A DNA stretch of 64,000 nucleotides, from positions 38,921 through 102,920 of the forward strand of contig JAFSOZ010000012.1 in NCBI GenBank assembly GCA_017443175.1, given 5' to 3'. Numbering within the stretch: position 1 is the stretch's first letter; each line of letters opens with the position of its first letter. Below are positions 19,401 through 26,801 of the stretch, one piece after another. The DNA is from Bacteroidales bacterium. Its GTDB lineage: Bacteria > Bacteroidota > Bacteroidia > Bacteroidales > WCHB1-69. The translations under genes and the position numbers were made by a program. The notes under the pieces were generated by a model, which did not search any database, was not told the origin of the DNA, and worked only from the letters and a program-made list of their open reading frames with translations.

Positions 19401-20045
19401 TGGATCTTCGGTGGTGACGGTTGGGCTTACGACATCGGTTTCGGCGGTCTGGACCACGTGCTGGCCAGCGGCGAGGATGTCAACGTGCTCGTGCTCGACA
19501 CCGAGGTTTACTCCAACACCGGCGGTCAGTCCAGTAAGGCTACTCCGGCAGGTGCTGTGGCTAAGTTTGCCGCTTCCGGTAAGAAGGTGCGCAAGAAAGA
19601 CCTCGGCATGATTGCCAAGAGCTACGGCTATGTGTATGTGGCACAGGTCGCTATGGGCGCCAGCCAGGCACAGTACTTCAAGGCCATCAAGGAAGCTGAG
19701 GCATATCATGGACCGTCATTGGTCATCTGCTACGCTCCTTGTATCAACCACGGTATCAAGATCGGTATGGGTCGTTCCCAGCACGAAGAGGCCAAGGCCG
19801 TTGAATGCGGTTACTGGCACCTGTGGCGTTTCAACCCTGCCGAGGAAGAGGCCGGTCAGAACGGCTTCCACTTGGACAGCAAGGAACCCGACTGGAGCAA
19901 GTTCCAAGAGTTCATCATGGGCGAGGTTCGTTACAACAGCTTGTTGAAGACCTTCCCGGAAGAGGCTAAGGAATTGTTTGCAAAGACCGAGCAATTCGCT
20001 AAGCTGCGTTACGAAGGCTACAAGAAGCTGAGCGAAGGGAAATAA
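16488..20045 (+). CDS. nifJ: pyruvate:ferredoxin (flavodoxin) oxidoreductase
   Basis: 1185 aa. It has two ferredoxin-type CxxCxxCxxxCP clusters (CIQCNQCSLVCP, CTGCGNCADVCP) and a TPP domain (GGDGWAYDIGFGGLDH). Confidence 0.95.
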   Translation: MAEKKFMTCDGNCAAAHVAYMFSEVAAIYPITPSSPMAEYIDEWSAGGRKNIFGETVKVVEMQSEAGAAGAVHGSLQAGALTTTYTASQGLLLMIPNMYKIAGELLPGVFHVSARALAAQALSIFGDHADVMSARQTGFAMLATGSVQEIMDLAPVAHLAAIEGRVPFLHFFDGFRTSHEIQKVEAADQSKIEKLVNWKALKEYRDRALNPEHPVTRGTAQNPDIYFQTRELQNKYYDALPDIVAKYMKKLSKITGREYAPFTFYGAPDATDVIVAMGSITDVIKTVIDKENKAGKKLGLVSVHLYRPFSVKYFGAVLPETVKRICVLDRTKEPGANGDPLYLDVVEAFANCKDIPAENKPMIIGGRFGLSSKDTTPAQVLAIYKNLAAPKPMNQFTVGINDDVTHRSLKVGKEISILPKGTFEAKFYGLGADGTVGANKNSIKIIGDNTNKYSQAYFDYDSKKSGGYTCSHLRFGDQPILAPYLVGTPDFVAVHVPSYLKKYDCLRGLKKNGTFLYNSPWTVAETKKHLPDFVKKYLALNNINMYIIDATKIAAEIGLGNRTNTILQSAFFKISGVIPYDLAVEQMKKFIVKSYGKKGEDIVNMNYAAVDRGGEITKVDIPAEWAKLDCTTDFVFESNPNDPEFINKVMRPMVAQCGNDLPVSAFKEIVDGTFPAGTTAYEKRGVATVVPEWDPTKCIQCNQCSLVCPHAAIRPVVMTDAEMKKAPKGMAAIDIKAPKELAGMHFRMQVSVMDCTGCGNCADVCPAKEKALKMKPFESQLGEAKNWEYGQKKVTYKDNLIDKYANVKNSQFAQPLFEFSGACAGCGETPYIKTITQLFGERMIVANATGCSSIYGGSAPATPYCKNCRSGKGVAWANSLFEDNAEFGLGMATATRQMRDRVERIMKEAIANCDCCDKKLKDLFQQWIDNRECGITTAELADKIVAACEKCGCDYCKQIVDLKDHLVKKSQWIFGGDGWAYDIGFGGLDHVLASGEDVNVLVLDTEVYSNTGGQSSKATPAGAVAKFAASGKKVRKKDLGMIAKSYGYVYVAQVAMGASQAQYFKAIKEAEAYHGPSLVICYAPCINHGIKIGMGRSQHEEAKAVECGYWHLWRFNPAEEEAGQNGFHLDSKEPDWSKFQEFIMGEVRYNSLLKTFPEEAKELFAKTEQFAKLRYEGYKKLSEGK

Positions 20046-20082
20046 ACCGATATTGTTGAATTAACAACAATATATACATTCA

Positions 20083-20118
20083 AGATGGGGTAGCCCGCAA
20101 GGATGCCCCATCTTTTTC
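20083..20118 (+). terminator. terminator after nifJ
   Basis: AGATGGGG-loop-CCCCATCT is followed by TTTTT. It is preceded by a second hairpin ATATTGTTG/CAACAATAT at 20051..20074. Confidence 0.7.
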
Positions 20119-20132
20119 AAAATAATAAAATA

Positions 20133-20267
20133 ATGAAAGCGAAACCTTTTATCAAGTGGGTTGGTGGGGAAAGCCAACTCATCGAACAACTGGATGCCTT
20201 CATTCCAGCTGACTTTGATAAATGGGAGAATGTTACAAACATTGAATTCTTAAATAGTAAACTCTAA
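20133..20267 (+). pseudogene. N-terminal remnant of a Dam-type (D12 class) adenine methyltransferase
   Basis: The 44-aa ORF MKAKPFIKWVGGESQLIEQLDAFIP... resembles the KPFLKWAGGK start of Dam-family enzymes, then stops. Confidence 0.55.
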
Positions 20268-20278
20268 AAGACACAAAT

Positions 20279-21022
20279 ATGACCCAAGCACAGGCGGTTA
20301 TAGAAACAATTGACAAGTTGGGCGGCATTGCAACGCTCAACCAAATAAATCAGCATGTGTTTGAGGTTGATGATTGTGTATGGAAAACTAAGACTCCGTT
20401 TGCCAGCGTTCGTAGAATTGTTCAGCAAACAAAGGGTATCTATAAGATAAAACCTGGATTGTATGCACTTGAGACTTACCGCAAGCAGTTGGAACAAGAC
20501 GGAATAACTGTTCAGACGGAAAAGAATAAGAATAGCGAAGAGGTAAAGGCTTTCAACCATTCATACTACCAAGGATTGTTGCTTGAAATTGGGCGAATGC
20601 GGCATTTGGACACATTTGTTCCCAATCAGGACAAGAACAAGATGTTTATTAAAACACCACTTGGCGAGATTCGAACTTTGCAAGCAATACCCCAATATTC
20701 ATACGCTGATCTTGTGGAAAGAAGTTCTACAATTGATGTCATTTGGTTTAACGACCACCGAATGCCTCACTCCTTTTACGAAATTGAACACTCAACCGAC
20801 ATTCAGAACTCCCTTCTCAAGTTCAATGATTTAAAAGACTTTTCCGCCCGTATGGTAATTGTAGCTGACGAGAAGCGCCATGCTGAATTTGGCAGTAAGA
20901 TGAATTACGCAGCCTTTAATGTCCTCCGAGAAAACAAACGTGTGGCATTTCTCAGTTACGAATCGTTAGACAAACAATACGAGCAAGAACTCCAGAAACA
21001 ACAGATGGATTTTATTGTATAA
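20279..21022 (+). CDS. winged-helix plus PD-(D/E)xK-like nuclease, candidate restriction endonuclease
   Basis: 247 aa. The N-terminus has an Mrr_N-like pattern (IETIDKLGGIATLNQINQHV...IYKIKPGLYAL). The C-terminus has IDVIWFND...FYEIEHSTDI (D...ExE/K-like). It sits directly upstream of a DNA methyltransferase. Confidence 0.45.
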   Translation: MTQAQAVIETIDKLGGIATLNQINQHVFEVDDCVWKTKTPFASVRRIVQQTKGIYKIKPGLYALETYRKQLEQDGITVQTEKNKNSEEVKAFNHSYYQGLLLEIGRMRHLDTFVPNQDKNKMFIKTPLGEIRTLQAIPQYSYADLVERSSTIDVIWFNDHRMPHSFYEIEHSTDIQNSLLKFNDLKDFSARMVIVADEKRHAEFGSKMNYAAFNVLRENKRVAFLSYESLDKQYEQELQKQQMDFIV

Positions 21023-21284
21023 CTCAAAAAAAAATTAACAACGAAATAAATAATAAGAAATAAGAACATATAAATAATACGTTTGCTATTTGCTCTATTC
21101 GCATTGAAACCTAGGAAATTTCAAAGAATGGTAAAAGGTAAGCAAATCAGGAAACGGCCGCCAATGCGGGCGTGATTTGTCCTATACCGGGCTTTCCTAG
21201 GGCCTCAATGCGAGCAATCATTGCCCGCATATATTTTGCCCTATTGGAAACCCGCAGGCACGTAGCAGACACAATGCTGCTACT

Positions 21285-22217
21285 ATGAATAAAAAACAAA
21301 TCATTCATGCGGCCGAGGACAATTATGCCATATCGTGCCAAAAGGAAATATTGACTCCCTATTACCATTCCTCCGACCGCGCCTTCACTCTCCTTCATGG
21401 CGATACATTTGAGTTACTGCCACAGTTCAACTTCATGTTTGACATGATATTTGCCGACCCGCCATATTTTCTGTCAAGTGGCGGCATCAGCGTACAAAGT
21501 GGCAAAGTAGTTTGTGTTGACAAAGGAGACTGGGACAAAAGCATGTCTCAAGACGATATAAATGCTTTTAATCTAAAATGGCTTTCACTATGCCGTGAGA
21601 AACTCAAAGATAATGGTGCGATATGGATTTCTGGAACGTACCACAATATCTTTTCTGTTGCCAATTGCCTGACTCAGTTGGGATATAGGATTCTGAATGT
21701 CATTACGTGGGCAAAAACGAATCCACCACCAAATATTTCGTGCCGTTACTTTACATATTCCACTGAATTTATCATCTGGGCAAGAAAGTCACCCAAAATA
21801 CCTCATTATTTCAATTATGAATTAATGAAGCAGCTCAACGACAACAAACAAATGACAGATGTTTGGCGGTTGCCAGCTATTGCCACTTGGGAGAAATCGT
21901 GTGGAAAACACCCCACCCAAAAACCATTGGCTCTCTTGACACGCATCATTCTATCCTCAACAAAAAAGGGAGCATGGATACTCGATCCCTTTGCCGGATC
22001 CTCTACCACAGGTATTGCTTCAAATCTTATTGGACGGCGTTTTCTTGGCATAGAAAAAGAATTTGTAGAAATGAGTAAAAACCGAAAGATTGAAATTGAA
22101 AATGTTGGAACATTCAATGAGTATCGTAGCAAAATAAAGGATATTGCAATTGCAGATTTCTTCGAACCTACAAATATTGTTTGTGAAGAAGCCTTTGATT
22201 ACGGACTACCTTTTTAA
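21285..22217 (+). CDS. beta-class DNA methyltransferase (N6-adenine or N4-cytosine)
   Basis: Motif IV FADPPYF precedes HPTQKPLALLTRII and motif I ILDPFAGSSTTGIAS. This is the permuted beta order. Confidence 0.85.
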   Translation: MNKKQIIHAAEDNYAISCQKEILTPYYHSSDRAFTLLHGDTFELLPQFNFMFDMIFADPPYFLSSGGISVQSGKVVCVDKGDWDKSMSQDDINAFNLKWLSLCREKLKDNGAIWISGTYHNIFSVANCLTQLGYRILNVITWAKTNPPPNISCRYFTYSTEFIIWARKSPKIPHYFNYELMKQLNDNKQMTDVWRLPAIATWEKSCGKHPTQKPLALLTRIILSSTKKGAWILDPFAGSSTTGIASNLIGRRFLGIEKEFVEMSKNRKIEIENVGTFNEYRSKIKDIAIADFFEPTNIVCEEAFDYGLPF

Positions 22218-22220
22218 TTC

Positions 22221-22459
22221 ATGCACAACAACTTGGAAGTTTGGAATCCCGGCAAACTTCATCAGGGAATGACTATTGCAAAATTGAACAAAGAACACAC
22301 TGCAAACCATGTCAATCCTGTGCTTGCCAATCCCATTACTTTACCGGCTATATAGAACAAATCGGAACAGGCACTACAGATATTATCGACCATTGTTTGG
22401 GGTATGGGCTTCGCAAGCCAGAATTCCAACAAGATAATGATTTTCAAGTTATTATATAG
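22221..22459 (+). pseudogene. frameshifted C-terminal remnant of an AlbA_2/HATPase_c_4-type ATP-binding regulator
   Basis: Two frames read ...EVWNPGKLHQGMTIAKL...NPVLANP and then GYIEQIGTGTTDIIDHCLGYGLRKPEF. This matches the conserved C-terminus of that family, with a frameshift near 22345 and no N-terminal part. Confidence 0.55.
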
Positions 22460-22564
22460 AGAAGATAAGATAAAGAGGTGAAGTAAGAGATGATATAGAA
22501 GTACAAGAGTTACACCGGAGGCACCGCCAACTGCACCTTGCATCACGACAAACCATCAAACTCA

Positions 22565-23254
22565 TTATTTAGGTATTTTACTCATACAGTAATCCGTATT
22601 CAATTTTATTTGTTTGTAAAATGATGTATAATCTTTGTACACCCGGAGTGACAAACCTTTAGTATTTATATTAAACAACGGAAGATTTGCACGTACACAG
22701 TATAAAACATTGTTTATTCTATTGTTAGTTGGACAAACAGAAGAAATTAACGGGATTTTATGATGATCAACAAACCCTCTTTTAATATTATCAGGCAATC
22801 TTTTAATATTTTCATTCCAATAAAATTCTTCTGTATTATTTCTAGGAAAAACTTTTTTAGAATTATATGCCAGTTGCCATGTTTCAAAATCTCTCTTCAA
22901 TTTTTCAAAAAGCGTAACATCAATAATTGTAAAGTCCATGTCACTTTTTTCTGAAAAAGACTTTCCATATTGCTGTGGATCAATTGAAAAACCTTGCTTT
23001 GCACTTCCTATTAATTTTATACAGTCTACAGAAACCTCCAATTCTTTTCCTATAAACTGCTTGACCTGATCAAATAATAAAGGAATTGACATAAATGCAT
23101 ACGGCGGATTATCAATAATATAATGATTAATTAAGGATTTCTGCTCTGCTTCGGTTAATTTGCTGTACAAAGCCTTCATCTCCGCGGAACATAAGAAAAC
23201 ATCCTTTATTAATCTACAACTTTCTGAAAGTTGAAAAAATTTATATGTGTTCAT
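22565..23254 (-). CDS. Pol-beta-fold nucleotidyltransferase-like protein, unknown family
   Basis: 229 aa with a hG[GS]...D.D signature (LIGS84AKQGFS...SEKSD105MD107FTIID). Its start overlaps the upstream gene by 14 nt. Confidence 0.6.
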   Translation of the reverse strand: MNTYKFFQLSESCRLIKDVFLCSAEMKALYSKLTEAEQKSLINHYIIDNPPYAFMSIPLLFDQVKQFIGKELEVSVDCIKLIGSAKQGFSIDPQQYGKSFSEKSDMDFTIIDVTLFEKLKRDFETWQLAYNSKKVFPRNNTEEFYWNENIKRLPDNIKRGFVDHHKIPLISSVCPTNNRINNVLYCVRANLPLFNINTKGLSLRVYKDYTSFYKQIKLNTDYCMSKIPK

Positions 23255-23816
23255 AGCGCTCTACTCTTTCTATAATATATCTTACCCGTCTTCTTATCCG
23301 TTCTCGTTGTTTGTCAGTCATAATTCTTGGCTCGGGATACTTTAATCTAGCAACTATCTCAGCACAAATTTCATCAGGAATTACATTATTTTTATCCATA
23401 TTGAACCGTCGTAAAATAGATTCTAAGTTCTGATATTTAGTTCCATAATATGCTATGTTCAAGTATGTAAAAGCAATACTTTTTTTGTCTGCAATACGAT
23501 GCAACCTGGATGCAAGTATTATTTCACGGATTTTCCGTTCAATGGTATATTCATAACGTCCTGTTATAACCCTAACTAATTGTTGCTCAATTGTACTAGC
23601 TCCTTCTCTGGAAGAAAAAAAAGTATGTTTGATAATGGCTCTGAAGATAGCCAAAGGATCGAAACCATGATGCTTAAAAAAACGACGGTCTTCTGCTTGA
23701 ACTAAAAATAAAATCAATCGGTCTGCACATGGACTATCAATACTACTCCGCTTTATTTCATCTGGCAGTTGTTCTTGTATAAATTTCCATTCTTGTGAAA
23801 TAGACATGATTTTCAT
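23241..23816 (-). CDS. anchorless GT51 (peptidoglycan glycosyltransferase)-like protein
   Basis: 191 aa with GT51 motifs 1-5 in canonical order: AEDRRFFKHHG, GASTIEQQ, RKIRE, KKSIAFTYLN, RIRRRVRYIIERV. No signal peptide, lipobox or TM helix is present. Confidence 0.65.
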   Translation of the reverse strand: MKIMSISQEWKFIQEQLPDEIKRSSIDSPCADRLILFLVQAEDRRFFKHHGFDPLAIFRAIIKHTFFSSREGASTIEQQLVRVITGRYEYTIERKIREIILASRLHRIADKKSIAFTYLNIAYYGTKYQNLESILRRFNMDKNNVIPDEICAEIVARLKYPEPRIMTDKQRERIRRRVRYIIERVERYEHI

Positions 23817-24119
23817 TATTCTTATATATTCCCTAAAACTCTACTTTATTTATCTTCTTGATTTTCAAATGGTAAAACAAGTTATATGTTAGATTAACGG
23901 CATTTGTCTTTTTTTCATAATCCTGATACATAAGCCTGGTTATATTGCTCGGAAGTTTTCTGCTCAATATTTTAATCAGTGGTATATTACCCATTTTTTT
24001 AACCCATTAAACATCTTCCATCTGTCCTCTTCCATCTTACATCTATCTCCCCCTCGGCTATAACAAAAACTTGCAATTCCCAAAACACCTTTCAAAATAC
24101 CCTTCCTAATTATCAACTG

Positions 24120-24329
24120 TCAATTATCAACTATCATAATCCCTTCCACCTCATGCTCCACAAACGGGCCTTGCTTGCACTCGAAGATGACGGAGCCGGG
24201 ATCCAGGGATTCCACGCTGTGCCAGACATTCTTTCCCACGTTCACGCCGTAGCGGCCTTCCGATGGGTTGAGGACCATGTTTTCTATAAATGTGTCAACC
24301 CCTCCGTCTTCCCCCTTATTTTGGGTCAT
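24120..24329 (-). pseudogene. C-terminal fragment of a WbuC-like cupin
   Basis: The 69 aa (...VGKNVWHSVESLDPGSVIFECKQGPFVEHE...) correspond to the C-terminal half of WbuC-family cupins. The upstream sequence has no intact N-terminal half. Confidence 0.4.
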
Positions 24330-24614
24330 ACAATTGGCAAAAATAATAATTTTTCATCTTCTATCACTATTCTCCCTAAAACATTTGTCCTCCTTGAGAT
24401 AAAAATTCACCATACATCTTCCGTCTGTCATCCCACTCTTTCCTCGGACTGGCCAGCAATGGCAAAGTGACCGATGCCCAATTTTTAGATATTATTCACA
24501 AATTATAATGAAAACATAAACAAAAAATTATATATTTGCTGTATTAAAAGAATTATTGTAAAACATTCTATTTAACTAAATACAAATTATTTATAAAATA
24601 CAAAACGAAAACTT

Positions 24615-25172
24615 ATGACAACAGAAACAGGATTTATCCCGTCTCATGGCAACTACACAGAGTTGCTCACTTACAAGAAATCGCTCATTATCTATTCCAG
24701 CACGGTGCTTTTCTGCGAGCGCTTCCTAAACAAGCGCGACCGCACCGTTGACCAGATGGTGCAGGCGGCGCGTTCCGGCAAACAGAACATCATCGAGGGT
24801 TCAATGGCCTCGGCCACATCCAAAGAAACTGAAATCAAGCTGACCAACGTAGCAAGGGCCAGTCAAGAAGAGTTGCTGGAAGATTATAAAGACTTCATCC
24901 GCAACAGACAAGGCGTTATTTGGGAAAAAGACAGCAAAGAGGCTTTGTTCGTCAGACGCTTGGCCTACCGAAAGGACGAGTCGTTTGAAACCTACCGCGA
25001 GTTTTTGGAAACACGGGACGGCGTTATCTGCGCCAATATCATGATTTGTCTGGTGAACCAGTGCAATTACCTCTTGGATCGGCAAATCAAGCGATTAGAG
25101 CAGGATTTCGTCAAAGATGGTGGGTTACGCGAGAGGATGAGCCAAGCAAGGAGGAATTTTCGGAAGTATTAG
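24615..25172 (+). CDS. four-helix-bundle protein (23S rRNA-IVS-like, with suffix domain)
   Basis: 185 aa with ...VDQMVQAARSGKQNIIEGS...NVARASQEELLEDYKDFI..., typical of this family. Confidence 0.65.
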   Translation: MTTETGFIPSHGNYTELLTYKKSLIIYSSTVLFCERFLNKRDRTVDQMVQAARSGKQNIIEGSMASATSKETEIKLTNVARASQEELLEDYKDFIRNRQGVIWEKDSKEALFVRRLAYRKDESFETYREFLETRDGVICANIMICLVNQCNYLLDRQIKRLEQDFVKDGGLRERMSQARRNFRKY

Positions 25173-25191
25173 AATCAGGGGAGGGAAGGCC

Positions 25192-25238
25192 GTCCTATGG
25201 GTCCTATAAGTCTTAGAGACTTATAGGACCCATAGGAC
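25192..25238. repeat. perfect 47-nt palindrome (22-bp stem, 3-nt loop)
   Basis: GTCCTATGGGTCCTATAAGTCT-TAG-AGACTTATAGGACCCATAGGAC lies between convergent genes at the right edge of the AT-rich island. Confidence 0.85.
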
Positions 25239-25300
25239 AATCAAAGGAACAATTTTCACCTGACTTTCGGCTTACTGAAGAGGAATGAAAAAGACTATTC

Positions 25301-25747
25301 CTATCCCAATATCTGCTCCGTGTGCGCCTTGGTGTTCACCTTGCCTATGGCATTGATAATGACACCCTGCTCATCAATAATATAAGTGGTACGGAGCGTG
25401 CCTTCCGTCACCTTGCCATACATCTTCTTCTCACCCCAGGCTTCGTAGGCCTTCAGGATGGTAAGGTCGGTGTCGGCGATAAGGTGGAAGGGCAGATTGT
25501 ATTTGGCAATAAATTTCTGGTGCGAGGCGGCGGAGTCGCGGCTCACACCCAGCACCTCGTAACCCATAGAAAGAAAGCGCTGGTAATTGTCGCGCAGGTC
25601 GCAGGCCTCGGCCGTGCAGCCGGGCGTACTGTCTTTGGGATAAAAATAGAGCACCAACTTCTTTCCAGCGAAGTCGCTCAGTTTCACGGTGTTTCCATTT
25701 TCGTCAATGCCCTCAAAATAAGGGGCTTTCGTTCCGATTTGCAACAT
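25301..25747 (-). CDS. bcp: thioredoxin-dependent peroxiredoxin Bcp
   Basis: It has FYPKDSTPGCTAEAC and starts at MLQIGTKAPYF. Confidence 0.9.
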   Translation of the reverse strand: MLQIGTKAPYFEGIDENGNTVKLSDFAGKKLVLYFYPKDSTPGCTAEACDLRDNYQRFLSMGYEVLGVSRDSAASHQKFIAKYNLPFHLIADTDLTILKAYEAWGEKKMYGKVTEGTLRTTYIIDEQGVIINAIGKVNTKAHTEQILG

Positions 25748-25846
25748 TTTTCTGTTTTTTATGCTGCAAAAATAGGAAAAAAACAAACAAGGAGATGAAA
25801 CAACAGACCCCGTAGAGACGTTGCGCGCAACATTCTCTACCTATTA

Positions 25847-26734
25847 TTATTCTTTAATGGGTTCTGTGTGCAGGGTCACGTGCGTGTCTGCGCCGAAACG
25901 CTCCTTGAGTTTCCGCTCAATGTCGGTGGTGCGCGCGTGCACGGTCTGCAGCGACAGGCTGCCGTCCATACGGATGTGCGCCTCGATGGCGATGCGGTTG
26001 CCGATGCGCCGCGTACGCAAATTGTGAGGGTCCGTCACGTCAGGGAAGGAGGTGATGATGGCTTCAATCTCATGCTCGGTCTCTTCAGGCAGCGAACACT
26101 CCGTGAGCTCGTTTACGCTGCCTTTGAGCAGGTCCACGGCCACCTTGACCAGCATTGCGCCCACCACGATGGAGGCTAACGGGTCGAGTACGGTCCAGCG
26201 GTCGCCGAGCAGGATGGCGCCACCGATACCGATGGCCGCCCCAACCGACGACAGCGCGTCGCTGCGATGATGCCAGGCGTTTGCGATAACCGCTTGCGAA
26301 TCAAGAGTTTTTCCCTTGCGTATGGTGTATTGGTAAATGCCCTCCTTCACAAGGATGGATATCAATGCTGCCCATAAGGCGAGCCGGCCCGGTGCCTCCA
26401 ACTGCGCCCCTTTGAGCCAGTCGGCCAGCTTCACGGCCCCCGAGACGATGATGCCCGTGGCGGCGGCAACCAGCGCCAATCCTACAAAGAAGGTGGCTAA
26501 CGTCTCAAACTTGCCGTGACCGTAGTCGTGCGACTTGTCCTGCGGCTTCGAACTGATGTTGACGAATACCAGCACCAGCAGGTCGGTGATAAAATCGGAC
26601 AACGAATGCACGGCGTCTGCCAGCATTGCTGCACTGTTGCCGAGCACACCGGCGATGAATTTGAAGGTCATCAAGGCAACATTGCCCGCCGACCCCACCA
26701 GCGTTACTTTGTAAATCTCTTTTTCCCGTGACAT
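25847..26734 (-). CDS. cation diffusion facilitator family transporter
   Basis: It has six TM helices with HSLSDFITD and HHRSDALSS motifs. The start is at MSREKEIYKV, and the longer ORF was rejected. Confidence 0.85.
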   Translation of the reverse strand: MSREKEIYKVTLVGSAGNVALMTFKFIAGVLGNSAAMLADAVHSLSDFITDLLVLVFVNISSKPQDKSHDYGHGKFETLATFFVGLALVAAATGIIVSGAVKLADWLKGAQLEAPGRLALWAALISILVKEGIYQYTIRKGKTLDSQAVIANAWHHRSDALSSVGAAIGIGGAILLGDRWTVLDPLASIVVGAMLVKVAVDLLKGSVNELTECSLPEETEHEIEAIITSFPDVTDPHNLRTRRIGNRIAIEAHIRMDGSLSLQTVHARTTDIERKLKERFGADTHVTLHTEPIKE

Positions 26735-26801
26735 TATCCTATTTTTATCGTACGGCCCTGCCCACCCCAACATCTGCTCTGTGTGTCCATTGATTCCCTT
26801 T

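Noticed and set aside
17880-19709. 609-aa ORF antisense to nifJ. Similar long antisense ORFs are 47790..49175 opposite typA, 27231..28484 opposite the C69 dipeptidase, 56722..57819 opposite pepT and 12945..13772 opposite pyrH.
   Set aside because: They lie entirely inside genes with unmistakable conserved products on the other strand. Their translations are low-complexity and rich in R/G/H/V, as expected for shadow frames of GC3-biased genes.
23834-23994. Small ORF upstream of the GT51-like gene as a possible third cassette component.
   Set aside because: Careful re-translation gives only about 42 codons (MGNIPLIKILSRKLPSNITRLMYQDYEKKTNAVNLTYNCFTI) with no recognisable motif. Evidence is insufficient.
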